Source: a virus (lineage: Duplodnaviria > Heunggongvirae > Uroviricota > Caudoviricetes). Taken from it: a stretch of DNA of 64,000 bases. The notes below the pieces were generated by a model. That model was not told the origin of the DNA. It saw only the letters and a program-made list of their open reading frames with translations, and did not search any database. Shown here one piece after another: positions 34,594-44,923 of the stretch (within the stretch, counting starts at the first letter, position 1; every line of letters starts with the position of its first letter). A program made the position numbers and the translations under genes. The stretch lies in the IMG/VR virus record IMGVR_UViG_3300032315_000486, one strand, 5' to 3'.

Positions 34594-34824
34594 ATGAATC
34601 GTCTACTGGACCTACTCAAAACTGAACGAGTTATCGTTACCTTTACTAAGAAGGATGGTTCTCGTCGTGAAATGCTATGCACTCAGCGTAGCGATTTGAT
34701 TGATTCACTAACATATAGCCGCTCACAAGGACCAGAAGGCATTGCTTGTGTGTGGGATTTGGAGAAAGAAGCGTGGCGCAGTTTCAAGCACGATAGCGTC
34801 ATTGACTATAGGAAAGCAGAATGA
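34594..34824 (+). CDS. hypothetical protein
   Basis: 76-aa ORF. Confidence 0.45.
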   Translation: MNRLLDLLKTERVIVTFTKKDGSRREMLCTQRSDLIDSLTYSRSQGPEGIACVWDLEKEAWRSFKHDSVIDYRKAE

Positions 34825-34991
34825 CAGAATATGTATATAAAGTACTGACTGAAGACGAAGAAGTTTATTGGGTTAATGACCCTCATGAGATTACCCAGTC
34901 GTTTGGTACAGTTGCAGAAGTAGTTAAGTATAGAGTAGTCGACCCAGAAGATATTACTGATCCTATCAATGGAGAATACTACTATGACTAA
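34821..34991 (+). CDS. hypothetical small acidic protein (56 aa)
   Basis: ATGA-coupled ORF below track threshold. Confidence 0.3.
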   Translation: MTEYVYKVLTEDEEVYWVNDPHEITQSFGTVAEVVKYRVVDPEDITDPINGEYYYD

Positions 34992-35640
34992 ACAACTAAC
35001 TCGTCTAGTCGGAGACATTCATGGTCTGTTCAACGACTATAAGGCTTATGCAGTTGACAAGTTTGAAGGTCCGCACATTCAAGTAGGTGATTTTGGTGTA
35101 GGCTTTGGTCAAAGCGATTATTGGCATGAAAGCGTAGACGGTTATATGTGTGCTAGTAATGGACGTTTCATTCGTGGAAATCATGACAATCCTGCTGTGT
35201 GTAAAACATTCCAGAGCTGGATTCCAGACGGTCGTGTAGAGAATGATGTGATGTTCGTTGGTGGGGCCTGGTCTATTGACAACCCACAGGCTCCTCCTGG
35301 CTGGTATAAACGTCAGAAGAACGTAGACTGGTGGGAAGATGAAGAGTGCTCAGACGATCAGTTTGCACAGATGTTGGACACCTATAGCACCGTCAAACCC
35401 CGTGTAATGATTACTCACGACTGCCCCCATAATATTGCAGATGAGATGTTTTGGAAAACAGGGCTTCTAAAAGGTCCGCGATATAATACTCGTACTGGCG
35501 ACTTCCTACAACGCCTATTTGAGATCCATCAACCAGAAGAATGGTATTTTGGACACTGGCATCACACCGTGCACCACAAGTACGGACGCACTATGTTTCG
35601 GTGTATTGGAATTTTAGAATATGTGGATGTAGAGCTATAA
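34984..35640 (+). CDS. calcineurin-like metallophosphoesterase (second copy)
   Basis: VGDIHG, QVGDFGVG, RGNHDNP, ITHDCP, GHWHH. Confidence 0.6.
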   Translation: MTKQLTRLVGDIHGLFNDYKAYAVDKFEGPHIQVGDFGVGFGQSDYWHESVDGYMCASNGRFIRGNHDNPAVCKTFQSWIPDGRVENDVMFVGGAWSIDNPQAPPGWYKRQKNVDWWEDEECSDDQFAQMLDTYSTVKPRVMITHDCPHNIADEMFWKTGLLKGPRYNTRTGDFLQRLFEIHQPEEWYFGHWHHTVHHKYGRTMFRCIGILEYVDVEL

Positions 35641-35641
35641 C

Positions 35642-35920
35642 ATGACAGAAACTTTTGCAGAATCATATGCTCGCGCTCGCAGGCATGTAGCTTGGGAGCG
35701 CGAGAACCTTAAGCCTAAAACGAAGTTTTATTGGCCTTGGACCGAAGCTTCAGCACAATGGTGTAAGGATCAAGACAACTTTAAAAGCCATTTTGCTTTT
35801 TGGGATGAATGGACTGGTGGTCGATACGAACGGGTAGAAAACCCTGACCAATCTAAAGTCAAGGATCGTTTTAGCGTGTGCAGGACAAATGCAGTAACTG
35901 GAGAATGGGAAGCGCTATGA
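35642..35920 (+). CDS. hypothetical protein
   Basis: 92-aa ORF. Confidence 0.45.
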   Translation: MTETFAESYARARRHVAWERENLKPKTKFYWPWTEASAQWCKDQDNFKSHFAFWDEWTGGRYERVENPDQSKVKDRFSVCRTNAVTGEWEAL

Positions 35921-36201
35921 CAAAACGTTATGCTACTTTTACTACTGTATCTGTGTTCAAACACCGATACGTAGTTGAAATGAAAGAAGGCGATACTCTA
36001 GAGAACCTAGCAGATCTAGTCACATGCGATGATCTGGAAGAGTTTTCACAGAAACATGTAGACGAACTTATTGTTGATTCTTATATCGTCTCTGAAGAAG
36101 AAATGCTCAAACTGTTTAGGCAAGATAACGCCTACTTGAATAGTTGGAGCGATGAATATGTACTGAAGTGGGTTAAACGGTTAGAGGAAAAATATAAATG
36201 A
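35917..36201 (+). CDS. hypothetical protein
   Basis: ATGA overlap start preferred over 35878. Confidence 0.45.
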   Translation: MTKRYATFTTVSVFKHRYVVEMKEGDTLENLADLVTCDDLEEFSQKHVDELIVDSYIVSEEEMLKLFRQDNAYLNSWSDEYVLKWVKRLEEKYK

Positions 36202-36773
36202 CTTGTATTGTAGGTCTAGCACACGGAGGCGACGTATACATTGGATCAGATTCGCTAGGCTCTGGTAATGGTGTAAAGCAAGTATATTGCACGCCGAAAC
36301 TACTCGTACTAGACGTTTTTGAAAAGAAAGAACTTAGCCTAACTAAAATTAGCATGGGTATTGGATATACTACATCTTATAGGATGGGCGATATTCTTAG
36401 ATATAACTTTACTCCGCCGCCAATCGAATCTGATGAAGACGAAAATGAGTATCTGGTTAAAGATTTTATTCCAGAGCTTATAAAGTGTTTTGATGAACAT
36501 TCTTTTGCAAAGACAAAAGAAGGTAACAAGAGCGGAGGAAACTTTCTAGTGGGCTTGCGTGGTAGACTATTCCACGTGCAAGAGGATTTCTCAGTGCTTG
36601 AGCCTAGTTGCGATTATACTGCTGTAGGTAGTGGACAGGAATTTGCTATGGGGGCTATGTTTGCATACGCTAATAGCGCTTCAAAGCCAGAAACCTGTGT
36701 AATAGGTTCCATCAGGGCTGCAATCAAGTTCTCTACTACTGTAGGTGGATCTCCAGACTGCATTAAGATTTGA
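36198..36773 (+). CDS. Ntn-hydrolase (proteasome beta / HslV-like) peptidase candidate
   Basis: N-terminal MTCIVGLAHGGDVYIGSDS: Thr1 after Met and GSD motif typical of HslV/20S beta subunits. Confidence 0.45.
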   Translation: MTCIVGLAHGGDVYIGSDSLGSGNGVKQVYCTPKLLVLDVFEKKELSLTKISMGIGYTTSYRMGDILRYNFTPPPIESDEDENEYLVKDFIPELIKCFDEHSFAKTKEGNKSGGNFLVGLRGRLFHVQEDFSVLEPSCDYTAVGSGQEFAMGAMFAYANSASKPETCVIGSIRAAIKFSTTVGGSPDCIKI

Positions 36774-36899
36774 TTTGACAACGGGCTGAATTATGAGTAT
36801 AATAGTATCTGTAATAGCGGGATTAGTTATTTTGGCAATCTTCGCTGGATTTTATTTGACTGTGGTCTACATAGTCTACGCAATTATAACAGGTGGAAA

Positions 36900-37634
36900 A
36901 TGAAAGTATATATCGGCCCTTATCGCCAATGGTTTGGTCCTTATCAACTAGCTGAAAAGCTAATGTTCTGGGTTCCCAAAGAAAAGGATGAGTACGGATT
37001 TCCCCGTACTGCGGACCGAGTACACAAGTTTGGAGAGTGGTTGGCTCACGGAAGCATTGCCCCCGATCCTGAAGTTGGGGAGATATACGATATGATGGAT
37101 TATCGTCCAAACACTATAATCTATCGCTTTCTGCTTTGGCTTGACAAGTTCAAAGAGCGTAAGATTAAGGTACGTATTGACCGTTGGGACACCTGGTCAA
37201 TGGACAACACTCTCTCATACATTGCGCTGCCTATGCTCAAACAACTTAAAGAGAATAAGCACGGAGCACCTAGTGTTGATGATGAAGATGTACCAGAACA
37301 TCTTCGTAGTACTGCTGCTCGCGCTCTTACTTCTGAAGAAAAGAACATGCACGCACCAGATGAGCACCACTTCGCTCGTTGGGATTGGGTTCTAGACGAA
37401 ATGATTCACGCCTTTGAAACTAAGGCAGGAACGCTACAAGATTGGGAAGATCAGTTTAGAAGCGGTAGCTCTCGTTTTCGATTTAAAAAGATTAGCGAAG
37501 ATGGAACCAGTGAAATGGTTAGAGATGAAGAAGACACTTACAAAATCGACTGGGATGGGCAAAAGGCTTATGCCGCTCGTATCCAAAACGGATTTCGACT
37601 ATTTGGAAAATACTATCAGGGGCTTTGGGATTAA
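36900..37634 (+). CDS. hypothetical protein (244 aa)
   Basis: ORF with ggtggaaaATG RBS. Confidence 0.5.
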   Translation: MKVYIGPYRQWFGPYQLAEKLMFWVPKEKDEYGFPRTADRVHKFGEWLAHGSIAPDPEVGEIYDMMDYRPNTIIYRFLLWLDKFKERKIKVRIDRWDTWSMDNTLSYIALPMLKQLKENKHGAPSVDDEDVPEHLRSTAARALTSEEKNMHAPDEHHFARWDWVLDEMIHAFETKAGTLQDWEDQFRSGSSRFRFKKISEDGTSEMVRDEEDTYKIDWDGQKAYAARIQNGFRLFGKYYQGLWD

Positions 37635-37636
37635 CG

Positions 37637-37948
37637 ATGCGTGAAACTACTAGTAATCTACTAGCTATCATATCTGAGCTAGGGCAGGATATGCAAAAAG
37701 AACAAGACTCTTATGAAGCCGAGAATGACGCTTGGTGGAATGGGCTTACTCTGCAAGAACGTGAAGATGCGTTTTACGCTGTAGTAAAGCGTATCTATAA
37801 AGGTGAAATCATAGACAAAGGAACTTACCGATACATTCTATATGATGTATTTGGTTTTGATGGGTCTATGTATATGCGTGGTATGGACTGCGGTTATATG
37901 ACTCTGCATAATGCTATAGTTAATGCAGATACAGGAGAACAAGTTTGA
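37637..37948 (+). CDS. hypothetical protein
   Basis: ORF (track start 37625 is TTG). Confidence 0.4.
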   Translation: MRETTSNLLAIISELGQDMQKEQDSYEAENDAWWNGLTLQEREDAFYAVVKRIYKGEIIDKGTYRYILYDVFGFDGSMYMRGMDCGYMTLHNAIVNADTGEQV

Positions 37949-38154
37949 GCAGATATGCAATTCGTCGTAATGGTGAGCTAGTGCGTCATGTAGTTTTTGA
38001 GGCTAGCAACGATAACTATGCAAACTCTAGTGTGGTGATGGTAGCTTACGATTCTATTAAGAGTGCCCAAGAACTACTTCAGATTTGGCCAGATGCACAG
38101 ATTTTTGATTTAAAAAATAATTTGCATGTTGTGTACGAATCGGGTATAGTATAA
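37945..38154 (+). CDS. hypothetical protein
   Basis: ORF overlapping previous stop. Confidence 0.4.
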   Translation: MSRYAIRRNGELVRHVVFEASNDNYANSSVVMVAYDSIKSAQELLQIWPDAQIFDLKNNLHVVYESGIV

Positions 38155-38310
38155 TGTATCGAGTAACGTTAATTAACACACAAACTAACCAACCGCATGA
38201 GGTTGGTGGTACTCCTGTTATAGTACCTACCGAAAATCCAGATTTTACCTCTGAGCAGCTTCTCAGAAATAGAGATACAAAACTATTCAGAGTTCATATA
38301 GAAAAAGAGT

Positions 38311-38508
38311 GTGAAGATGACTCGTAAAGAATGGCTAAGCAAAAAGCACCGCGAATTGGACTATCAGGTAAGTCAATTAGAAGCTGAACGAAACTTGAAT
38401 CGTGACGTAGTACATAAATCACTTCTGGTAGACTTAAAAAAGCAAAGACTAGCTGTGAGAACTGAAATTCTATCTTTAGAGGCTAATGAACAATCTAGCG
38501 TCAACTAA
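38311..38508 (+). CDS. small coiled-coil protein
   Basis: 65-aa ORF. Confidence 0.4.
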   Translation: MKMTRKEWLSKKHRELDYQVSQLEAERNLNRDVVHKSLLVDLKKQRLAVRTEILSLEANEQSSVN

Positions 38509-38810
38509 GTTGTTCATGAAATGAACTAGGGCTTGTAGGTTTGACGACCTACTAAAATACGCCAGACTGATACTCTGGAGATTTGGGCATAGCTCGACCA
38601 ACTTGGGGTCTCCCATGTAGTATAAGGGTTCCGCCTAGTGTGGAAACGAAAAAGGGTTTATATTAGTAGGCACAACCCAGAAACCCTAAAATACCTATTA
38701 AGATCGTCTGTTAGATGCCTAACCACACAAATATAATCTATACTGTAGGCGAAAAGAGCGACGGCTCCTGATAATGCCTCCACATTATCTAGCCTTTTCT
38801 TGGAGGAGAA

Positions 38811-39437
38811 ATGACTTATGAAGAATACATACTATCTAATGTAATAGATAAAAAAGTAGATAATTATGAGCTTCTGATAGAGGCTATGCTACAAACATCT
38901 GTGGCACCTAGTACTTACCTAGAAAATAAATTAACTAAACAAAAAGTTAGTGTTGGACTCACGAAAATCTTCGGAGAGAAGGCACACAAAGACAAGAATA
39001 CATCTTTTAATTTTTATTTTCTAAAACAGTACAGGGAAGAAATTTTAGGAATAGAAGAAGACACAATAAAGACATGCTCTGCTTGCAACAGAGAGTTACC
39101 AATAACGGAGTTTTACTCTAATGGGTATCAACCTAGTGGTAAGAAAAAGTATAAATCAAAATGCAAAAACTGCCAAATAGTGCAAAACGATTCTAGAAAA
39201 GAAGATATAATATTAAAAGTAGTCGGGTCTTACTCATGTAATATATGTGGGTATAGTAAATGTAAACAGGCTCTAGAGTTTCACCATGTGGACCCGCAGA
39301 TTAAAGAATACAAAATATCTGATCTAAGTACGCATAAAGAAGATATTATAGTACTAGAGTTAGAAAAGTGTATTTTAGTATGTGCCAACTGCCATAGAGA
39401 AATACACTATGGATTGCATCCAGAATATATAATTTAA
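38811..39437 (+). CDS. HNH homing-type endonuclease (very AT-rich, free-standing)
   Basis: CSAC..(n)..CKNC zinc ribbon, then CNICGYSK....EFHHVDPQIK.....LVCANCHREIH (HNH core); ~300-nt ORF-free flanks on both sides. Confidence 0.7.
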   Translation: MTYEEYILSNVIDKKVDNYELLIEAMLQTSVAPSTYLENKLTKQKVSVGLTKIFGEKAHKDKNTSFNFYFLKQYREEILGIEEDTIKTCSACNRELPITEFYSNGYQPSGKKKYKSKCKNCQIVQNDSRKEDIILKVVGSYSCNICGYSKCKQALEFHHVDPQIKEYKISDLSTHKEDIIVLELEKCILVCANCHREIHYGLHPEYII

Positions 39438-39760
39438 GTGCTCCGTTTGTAGCAAGTTGTGAAGATGGAATGGACACGGCTCTCGGATGCCGTTACCTCC
39501 ACCAACCATATTAATTATGGGGGTAAAAGGGATCGACATACGTTGTAGCAATGCGTGAGGAGCCAGTGAGCAAGCGACTGTAACCGCAAGAAAATCAATA
39601 AGTGCAAATGAAAATTCAGCACCTGTTAAATTAGCTCTAGTAGCTTAATTTAAGTGGGTATGGGTTCCACCTAGAAACAGAACGGGCCCACCTTATAAAC
39701 TTATCAGACAAAGTAATATTAATATTGCTTAGATCGGATAGTGTATGCTATATTAAGGAT

Positions 39761-39934
39761 ATGATGATTACAAGAACATATAGTGTGGATGATATATTTC
39801 AAGACATTGAGGACGATGAAGACCTCTGCCTTATGGTAATTCCACAAGAAGTATTAGACGTCACTGGTTGGGTTCCCGGCGATACTCTATCCGTCTCAGT
39901 AGAGAATCATTCTATTGTGATTACGAAAGTGTAA
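39761..39934 (+). CDS. SpoVT/AbrB (MazE-like) swapped-hairpin DNA-binding domain protein
   Basis: LMVIPQEVLDVTGWVPGDTLSVSVENHSIVITK matches the AbrB/MazE fold consensus; track ORF opens at 39725. Confidence 0.45.
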   Translation: MMITRTYSVDDIFQDIEDDEDLCLMVIPQEVLDVTGWVPGDTLSVSVENHSIVITKV

Positions 39935-39970
39935 TGCTAAAAACCCGAACTAAAACAATTGGAGTAAATA

Positions 39971-40327
39971 ATGAATAAACTACTAATCGCAGCTACCGCA
40001 GTACTAGCCATCAGCGCAGGCTCAGCAATGGCTGCAGATCTAACTGATAAACTAGCTTGGAACACCGAGCTTACCACTACTTATGACGTATCAAATGAAT
40101 TATTCGGCACTGATTTTGAAACTGGACTAGCCTTCCAAGCTACCGCAGATCTATCGGCTTACGGCACGCTGTATGCAGATGTTAAAGCCGGTGAGTTTAC
40201 TGGTTCTGAGTTTGGCGTAGTGTACGCACCATCGCAGCTCAAGTATCTAACTGCTACTACTTACATGACTCTAGACAACAACTTTGAAAAAGAACAGGCT
40301 TTTGTTGAACTGTCTGTAAAGTTCTAA
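39971..40327 (+). CDS. secreted/periplasmic protein with cleavable signal peptide
   Basis: MNKLLIAATAVLAISAGSAMA|AD (AxA site); beta-rich mature part; followed by terminator. Confidence 0.55.
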   Translation: MNKLLIAATAVLAISAGSAMAADLTDKLAWNTELTTTYDVSNELFGTDFETGLAFQATADLSAYGTLYADVKAGEFTGSEFGVVYAPSQLKYLTATTYMTLDNNFEKEQAFVELSVKF

Positions 40328-40333
40328 TTTATA

Positions 40334-40361
40334 GGGGCTGCCTTCGGGCAGCTCCTTTTTA
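40334..40361 (+). terminator. rho-independent terminator
   Basis: ggggctgcc-ttcg-ggcagctcc + ttttt. Confidence 0.65.
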
Positions 40362-41009
40362 GTGAGAAGGTTACTGGAAGATTTTGATTCGTGGGAGCTA
40401 TACCCGCAACACAGAAAGTGGTTTGATAAACTACACCTGTCTATGTTTTTAGGATACTGTTGTGGTCCTAGCGGAGTAGCACCAAAAGCGTCAGCTAAAT
40501 ATATAGTGAGACCCACATATAACCTAGCAGGAATGAGTGTAGGAGCTAAGATTGTTTACATACAGTCTGGAGATTATACTAAAGTTCCTCCAGGATATTT
40601 CTGGTGCGAATTATTTACAGGCGATCATGTGAGTGTAAACTACACTCTTGATAATGGAGTACATAACCCCGTAGTCTCTTGGTTAGGTGAAAAATCGGAA
40701 GATGGTATAAGATTTTCAAGATGGTCTCGCACTGACAAACTAATTGAGCTACCAGAACCGTTTAGAAGTATGTCAGACGTTGCAGATATAAACGCAGAAT
40801 TTATAGACGGAAAGCTAATAGAGGTTCATTTTAGAGAATCTCCCGACCCAGATTATGATGAGTTCATACCAGTCTGGGAAGATAATGAAGAAATTGTATA
40901 CAGATACATACAGCAAGGCTACACATTCATAGAGAATGAAGACGATGCCAATGGATTTTTGGACGTAAAGAGAAAAGGATTTTTAATAAATGACCAAAAT
41001 CGTATATAA
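40362..41009 (+). CDS. hypothetical protein (215 aa)
   Basis: ORF, no motif recognised. Confidence 0.45.
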   Translation: MRRLLEDFDSWELYPQHRKWFDKLHLSMFLGYCCGPSGVAPKASAKYIVRPTYNLAGMSVGAKIVYIQSGDYTKVPPGYFWCELFTGDHVSVNYTLDNGVHNPVVSWLGEKSEDGIRFSRWSRTDKLIELPEPFRSMSDVADINAEFIDGKLIEVHFRESPDPDYDEFIPVWEDNEEIVYRYIQQGYTFIENEDDANGFLDVKRKGFLINDQNRI

Positions 41010-41089
41010 CAATATGCCACTATTTCACTGCCTAGCCCAATGGTTATCGGACGGTCGGCTACTATCCATAATCAGTAGACTCTATACCT

Positions 41090-41512
41090 ATGTCTGACAC
41101 TGTAGGATTTACTTGCTCTACTTTTGACTTGTTACATGCTGGCCATATAGCAATGTTGAGAGAAGCAAAGAGTCAATGTGATTGGCTTATAGCAGGGTTG
41201 CAAGTAGACCCTTCTGTAGACCGAAATAATAAAAATAAACCTGTTCAGACACTGGTCGAACGGTATATTCAGCTTTCAGCAGTTAAGTATGTAGACGAGA
41301 TCATAGTATATCACACAGAGCAAGATCTAGAAGATATACTCAGTCTCTTTCCAATAAACGTTCGAGTACTAGGAGAAGAGTATAAGGATAAAGATTTTAC
41401 TGGAAAAGACATATGCAAGAAGCGTGACATAAGTCTCTACTTCAACACTAGAGACCATAGATTTAGTTCTAGCGGATTACGCGCTAGAGTATCGGAAATG
41501 GAAACAAAATGA
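41090..41512 (+). CDS. cytidylyltransferase-like nucleotidyltransferase (TagD/RfaE-domain-II-like)
   Basis: CSTFDLLHAGHIAML = G.FD..H.GH signature of CTP_transf_like family. Confidence 0.6.
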   Translation: MSDTVGFTCSTFDLLHAGHIAMLREAKSQCDWLIAGLQVDPSVDRNNKNKPVQTLVERYIQLSAVKYVDEIIVYHTEQDLEDILSLFPINVRVLGEEYKDKDFTGKDICKKRDISLYFNTRDHRFSSSGLRARVSEMETK

Positions 41513-42315
41513 AAATAGCTATTGTAGGCGTTGGATTTGTTGGCAATGCAGTTGCAGCAGCATTCCAAACTAATAAACTTTTACTAGTTGACCCAAAGCT
41601 GGGAGTAGACATATCTGCTGTAGTAGATTTTGAGCCTAATGTTAGTTTTGTGTGTACTCCTACTCCATCATCAGAAGATGGTCAGGCAAGTACTAAAATA
41701 ACTCTAGAGGCAATTCAATACCTACTTCAGAATACATACGGTCTTGTAGTAGTAAAAAGTACTGTTCCTCCCAGCTTTGCAGCGCAATTTGCTAAGAGCG
41801 AACGCGTAGTGTTCAATCCTGAGTTCTTAACTGAGCGTAACGCTGTAGCCGACATGATCGGAGCCAGTACCGTTATTTTAGGCGGTACTGAGTATGCCAC
41901 TGATTTAATAGAGGAATACTATCGTAAGTACTCTATATGCTTTGCATATCGGTATCAGCATGTTAGTGGTGAAGAAGCCTGCTGGGTTAAATATATTACC
42001 AACACAATGCTTGCAATGAAAGTTGCATACCTAAACGAACTGTATAACTATTTTGATGATAAGCAAAGCTGGCATCATGTAGTCAACTCACTACAAACTG
42101 ATGCTCGTCTTGGAACAAGCCATTGGTTAGTGCCAGGACTAGATGGTAAAAGAGGATTTGGCGGAGCCTGCTTCCCAAAAGATTCAAAAGCCCTCTTGCA
42201 TGAAGCTCCTGATTTGTCTATACTTAAAACTGTGATAGAAAGTAATAATTACCTTAGATCACTTTATGAACCTGAATCTCGTGAACTCGAACAAAACATC
42301 AAATTTAAGGAATAA
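41509..42315 (+). CDS. nucleotide-sugar dehydrogenase (UDP-glucose/GDP-mannose 6-dehydrogenase family), short form
   Basis: MKIAIVGVGFVGNAVA (Rossmann), FNPEFLTERNAVAD (NPEFL.EG.A), catalytic Cys block GGACFPKD. Confidence 0.6.
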   Translation: MKIAIVGVGFVGNAVAAAFQTNKLLLVDPKLGVDISAVVDFEPNVSFVCTPTPSSEDGQASTKITLEAIQYLLQNTYGLVVVKSTVPPSFAAQFAKSERVVFNPEFLTERNAVADMIGASTVILGGTEYATDLIEEYYRKYSICFAYRYQHVSGEEACWVKYITNTMLAMKVAYLNELYNYFDDKQSWHHVVNSLQTDARLGTSHWLVPGLDGKRGFGGACFPKDSKALLHEAPDLSILKTVIESNNYLRSLYEPESRELEQNIKFKE

Positions 42316-42320
42316 TACAC

Positions 42321-42590
42321 TTGTTTAACGTAAATCTGTATCGTGAACCTCATGGCCTACAAGACACTATCGAGGTAGAAGTGCTGAAACAAGAAGATGA
42401 GCGCTTCCTCAAGCGCAACCGTATCCAGGTGGATATGATTGATAAAATCTTTGGAATCGTACTTCTAGCCCGTCTAGAAGATGGTCGTGAAGTTAATATG
42501 CAGAAAGGCACTATGAGCGTTCGTGATGCCTTCTCCGCTCTCGTTGCATCTTGCCGGGAGCTGGTAAATAAACCAGCATTGGTACACTAA
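42321..42590 (+). CDS. hypothetical protein
   Basis: 89-aa ORF (non-ATG start in track). Confidence 0.35.
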   Translation: MFNVNLYREPHGLQDTIEVEVLKQEDERFLKRNRIQVDMIDKIFGIVLLARLEDGREVNMQKGTMSVRDAFSALVASCRELVNKPALVH

Positions 42591-42591
42591 T

Positions 42592-42894
42592 ATGCTTAAA
42601 TACCTTGCAGCCTTCCTGCTAGTAATGCCTACAATCGGCTATGCTCTTACAACAGAAGAAGGTTGCAAGGTACTAGCTGAACATGCAGAAATCATCGCAG
42701 TAGCCAAAGAGTTTGGACTAGAGCATGATAATGCTATTGATTGGGTCGCTGATCTACCCTATGTAGAACCGTGGTCCGGTATGCTGGCCTCTACTGTAGA
42801 GTACATGTATACAGAAGCAGATGGACTACCCCCAGAACAATTAGGCGTTAGCACTTTCATAGCTTGCGTCGGAGCAATAGGATCACTACAATGA
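42592..42894 (+). CDS. small secreted protein
   Basis: signal-like MLKYLAAFLLVMPTIGYALT. Confidence 0.4.
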   Translation: MLKYLAAFLLVMPTIGYALTTEEGCKVLAEHAEIIAVAKEFGLEHDNAIDWVADLPYVEPWSGMLASTVEYMYTEADGLPPEQLGVSTFIACVGAIGSLQ

Positions 42895-43076
42895 AAAATA
42901 TTGAAGAAGTTACCATCGGTTTTTATGATAATGGGTTTGTGCTAAGCTTCTCATATCGGGATGATCGTGATGATTATCAAACAAAACGTATGGTATTTAT
43001 GAATATCGCAGAAGTGCATAATTATCTAGACCAATTAGTAGCAGCACATAATAAGCATGGCAATACTAGCATTTGA
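42891..43076 (+). CDS. hypothetical protein
   Basis: ATGA-coupled ORF. Confidence 0.35.
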   Translation: MKNIEEVTIGFYDNGFVLSFSYRDDRDDYQTKRMVFMNIAEVHNYLDQLVAAHNKHGNTSI

Positions 43077-43761
43077 CGTTGACGGAACCATAACAAACGC
43101 TAGACGACCAATCGACCCTCTTATGCTAGATCTGATGCTAGACATATGTGCTAAAGAAGCAGTCTGGTTAATTACTGGAAGCGACGAACCAAAGTGTCGT
43201 GAGCAAGTAGGTAAGCTATTTAATGCTGCAGATCGTGTATATTGCTGTGCAGGAGCAGAGCTGTGGTTTGGTCCTGTGCGGTTTAAAGCTGACCAATGGA
43301 ATCCTCCAGTACAACTAATTCTTGATCTACACTCTGCACTTCAGCGCAGCGGGTACCCGGAACAAACAGGAAACCACGTAGAGATAAGAACTGGTATGGT
43401 AAATCTGTCTATCCCTGGCAGAAATGCTACTCAAGCACAACGAGAGAGTTTCACTGCTTGGGATGAGAAAACAGGCGTTCGTCGCCGTATCGCAGACGAA
43501 ATAAACCGTAAATACCCACTAGCACACGCAACACTAGGTGGAAAAACTGGTATTGATGTTACAGAGCGTGGTAAGGGTAAGCACGTGGTTCTAGCAGACA
43601 GAGATGATGATGTGTGGTTTTGGGGCGACGAATGTCGCGCAGGCGGTAACGATTACACTCTAGCACAAGAACTTTCACTTCGGCCCAAAGATCGTGTGTT
43701 TCACACTACCGGGTGGCAGGATACTTATCATCAATTAAAAGAGATATTGGATATTAAATGA
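43057..43761 (+). CDS. HAD-IIB phosphatase/phosphomutase, eukaryotic-type phosphomannomutase-like
   Basis: FDVDGTIT (motif I), GGKTGIDVTERGKGK, WFWGDECRAGGNDY (FGD..GGNDYE). Confidence 0.5.
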   Translation: MAILAFDVDGTITNARRPIDPLMLDLMLDICAKEAVWLITGSDEPKCREQVGKLFNAADRVYCCAGAELWFGPVRFKADQWNPPVQLILDLHSALQRSGYPEQTGNHVEIRTGMVNLSIPGRNATQAQRESFTAWDEKTGVRRRIADEINRKYPLAHATLGGKTGIDVTERGKGKHVVLADRDDDVWFWGDECRAGGNDYTLAQELSLRPKDRVFHTTGWQDTYHQLKEILDIK

Positions 43762-44333
43762 TTAACGAGAAACTAATTCTCACTGACTGCGACGGAGTTT
43801 TGCTACATTGGGAGTGGTCGTTTGATCGCTGGATGTCAAATCACGGATATGTGAAACATTCTGAAGGCGCATACGACATTGACAAGTGCTATAACATTAA
43901 CCGTACAAAAGCCGAAGAACTCGTCAAGATGTTTAACGAAACTGTGTTTGTGACTAACCTACCTCCGTATCGTGATGCTATCAAATATGTTCGCAAGCTG
44001 CACGAAGAGCACGGTTATGTATTTCATGTAATTACTAGCATCGGTGATGAACCAGAAATCGTAGAAGGGCGTGTAAGGAACTTACATAACGTGTTTGGTG
44101 TAAGCCCTTTCTACCGTATCACTTGTCTAGACCCTTCTGTATCTAAAGCATCTGTACTCAAACAGTATGCAGGCAGTGGTTGTGTTTGGATAGAAGATCA
44201 TCTAAGCAACTTCCATCTTGGCAATGATCTAGGTCTTAACAGTATTCTAGTAGATCAGCACTACAATCGGACATTCGATACAGACTCTCGTGTACGCACT
44301 TGGCGAGAGATATACAAAGAAATTACTAGCTAA
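43758..44333 (+). CDS. HAD-like hydrolase (nucleotidase-like)
   Basis: LTDCDGVLL motif I; WIEDH late motif. Confidence 0.45.
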   Translation: MINEKLILTDCDGVLLHWEWSFDRWMSNHGYVKHSEGAYDIDKCYNINRTKAEELVKMFNETVFVTNLPPYRDAIKYVRKLHEEHGYVFHVITSIGDEPEIVEGRVRNLHNVFGVSPFYRITCLDPSVSKASVLKQYAGSGCVWIEDHLSNFHLGNDLGLNSILVDQHYNRTFDTDSRVRTWREIYKEITS

Positions 44334-44661
44334 GATTGCCAGCCTTGAGCTGGCAATTCTCATATGGAGCGCACAGATGGATTGGGATATGGTTATGAGT
44401 GGTACAGAAGAATATAGTTGTGAGACACTAACAGCTGATGGGTATAAACGAACGCTACAAAATCCTGAAACCGTGTATCGTGCAATGCAGTTAGGATCAA
44501 TAGCTAAACCAGGTATAGTTGACATTATCAAGCTGTATCCAGAGCATTTCGGCAAACTAACACGCTTTGCAGAGCGTCAAAGCATACCCCTAGAAGAACT
44601 CTTCGATTGGGTTAGCGACTATATCACTTGGTCTGAATCAGAAGATTTTATAGACCGATAA
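44290..44661 (+). CDS. hypothetical protein
   Basis: 123-aa ORF overlapping upstream gene by 44 nt. Confidence 0.35.
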   Translation: MYALGERYTKKLLAKIASLELAILIWSAQMDWDMVMSGTEEYSCETLTADGYKRTLQNPETVYRAMQLGSIAKPGIVDIIKLYPEHFGKLTRFAERQSIPLEELFDWVSDYITWSESEDFIDR

Positions 44662-44683
44662 AACTAAGACAGTATAGGTACGA

Positions 44684-44861
44684 ATGACAATAACTATTGG
44701 ATTATGGGCCATACCCGCTGCAATAACTGTTATTATATGGCTGTGGGCTTACTTACAAGATAGAAAAGACCCAGTGCTAGGACAGCTTTGGGCATTTGCA
44801 GCGGCAGGAGCTACTGTCGCTAGTTGGATTTTTTATGCGCTATTGTGGATAGTGCTTTAAG
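44684..44861 (+). CDS. small membrane protein (59 aa)
   Basis: two hydrophobic helices; below track threshold. Confidence 0.35.
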
Positions 44862-44923
44862 TGTGTGCTTGCTTGTCAGGCACACATTTTGTATTATAGG
44901 TAATACAAACAAAGGAATAACCA

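Noticed and set aside
38509-39760. Group I intron carrying the HNH endonuclease
   Set aside because: No interrupted host gene can be reconstructed from the flanking ORFs, and I could not recognise P7/P3 core elements by eye. It is kept only as a homing-island hypothesis.
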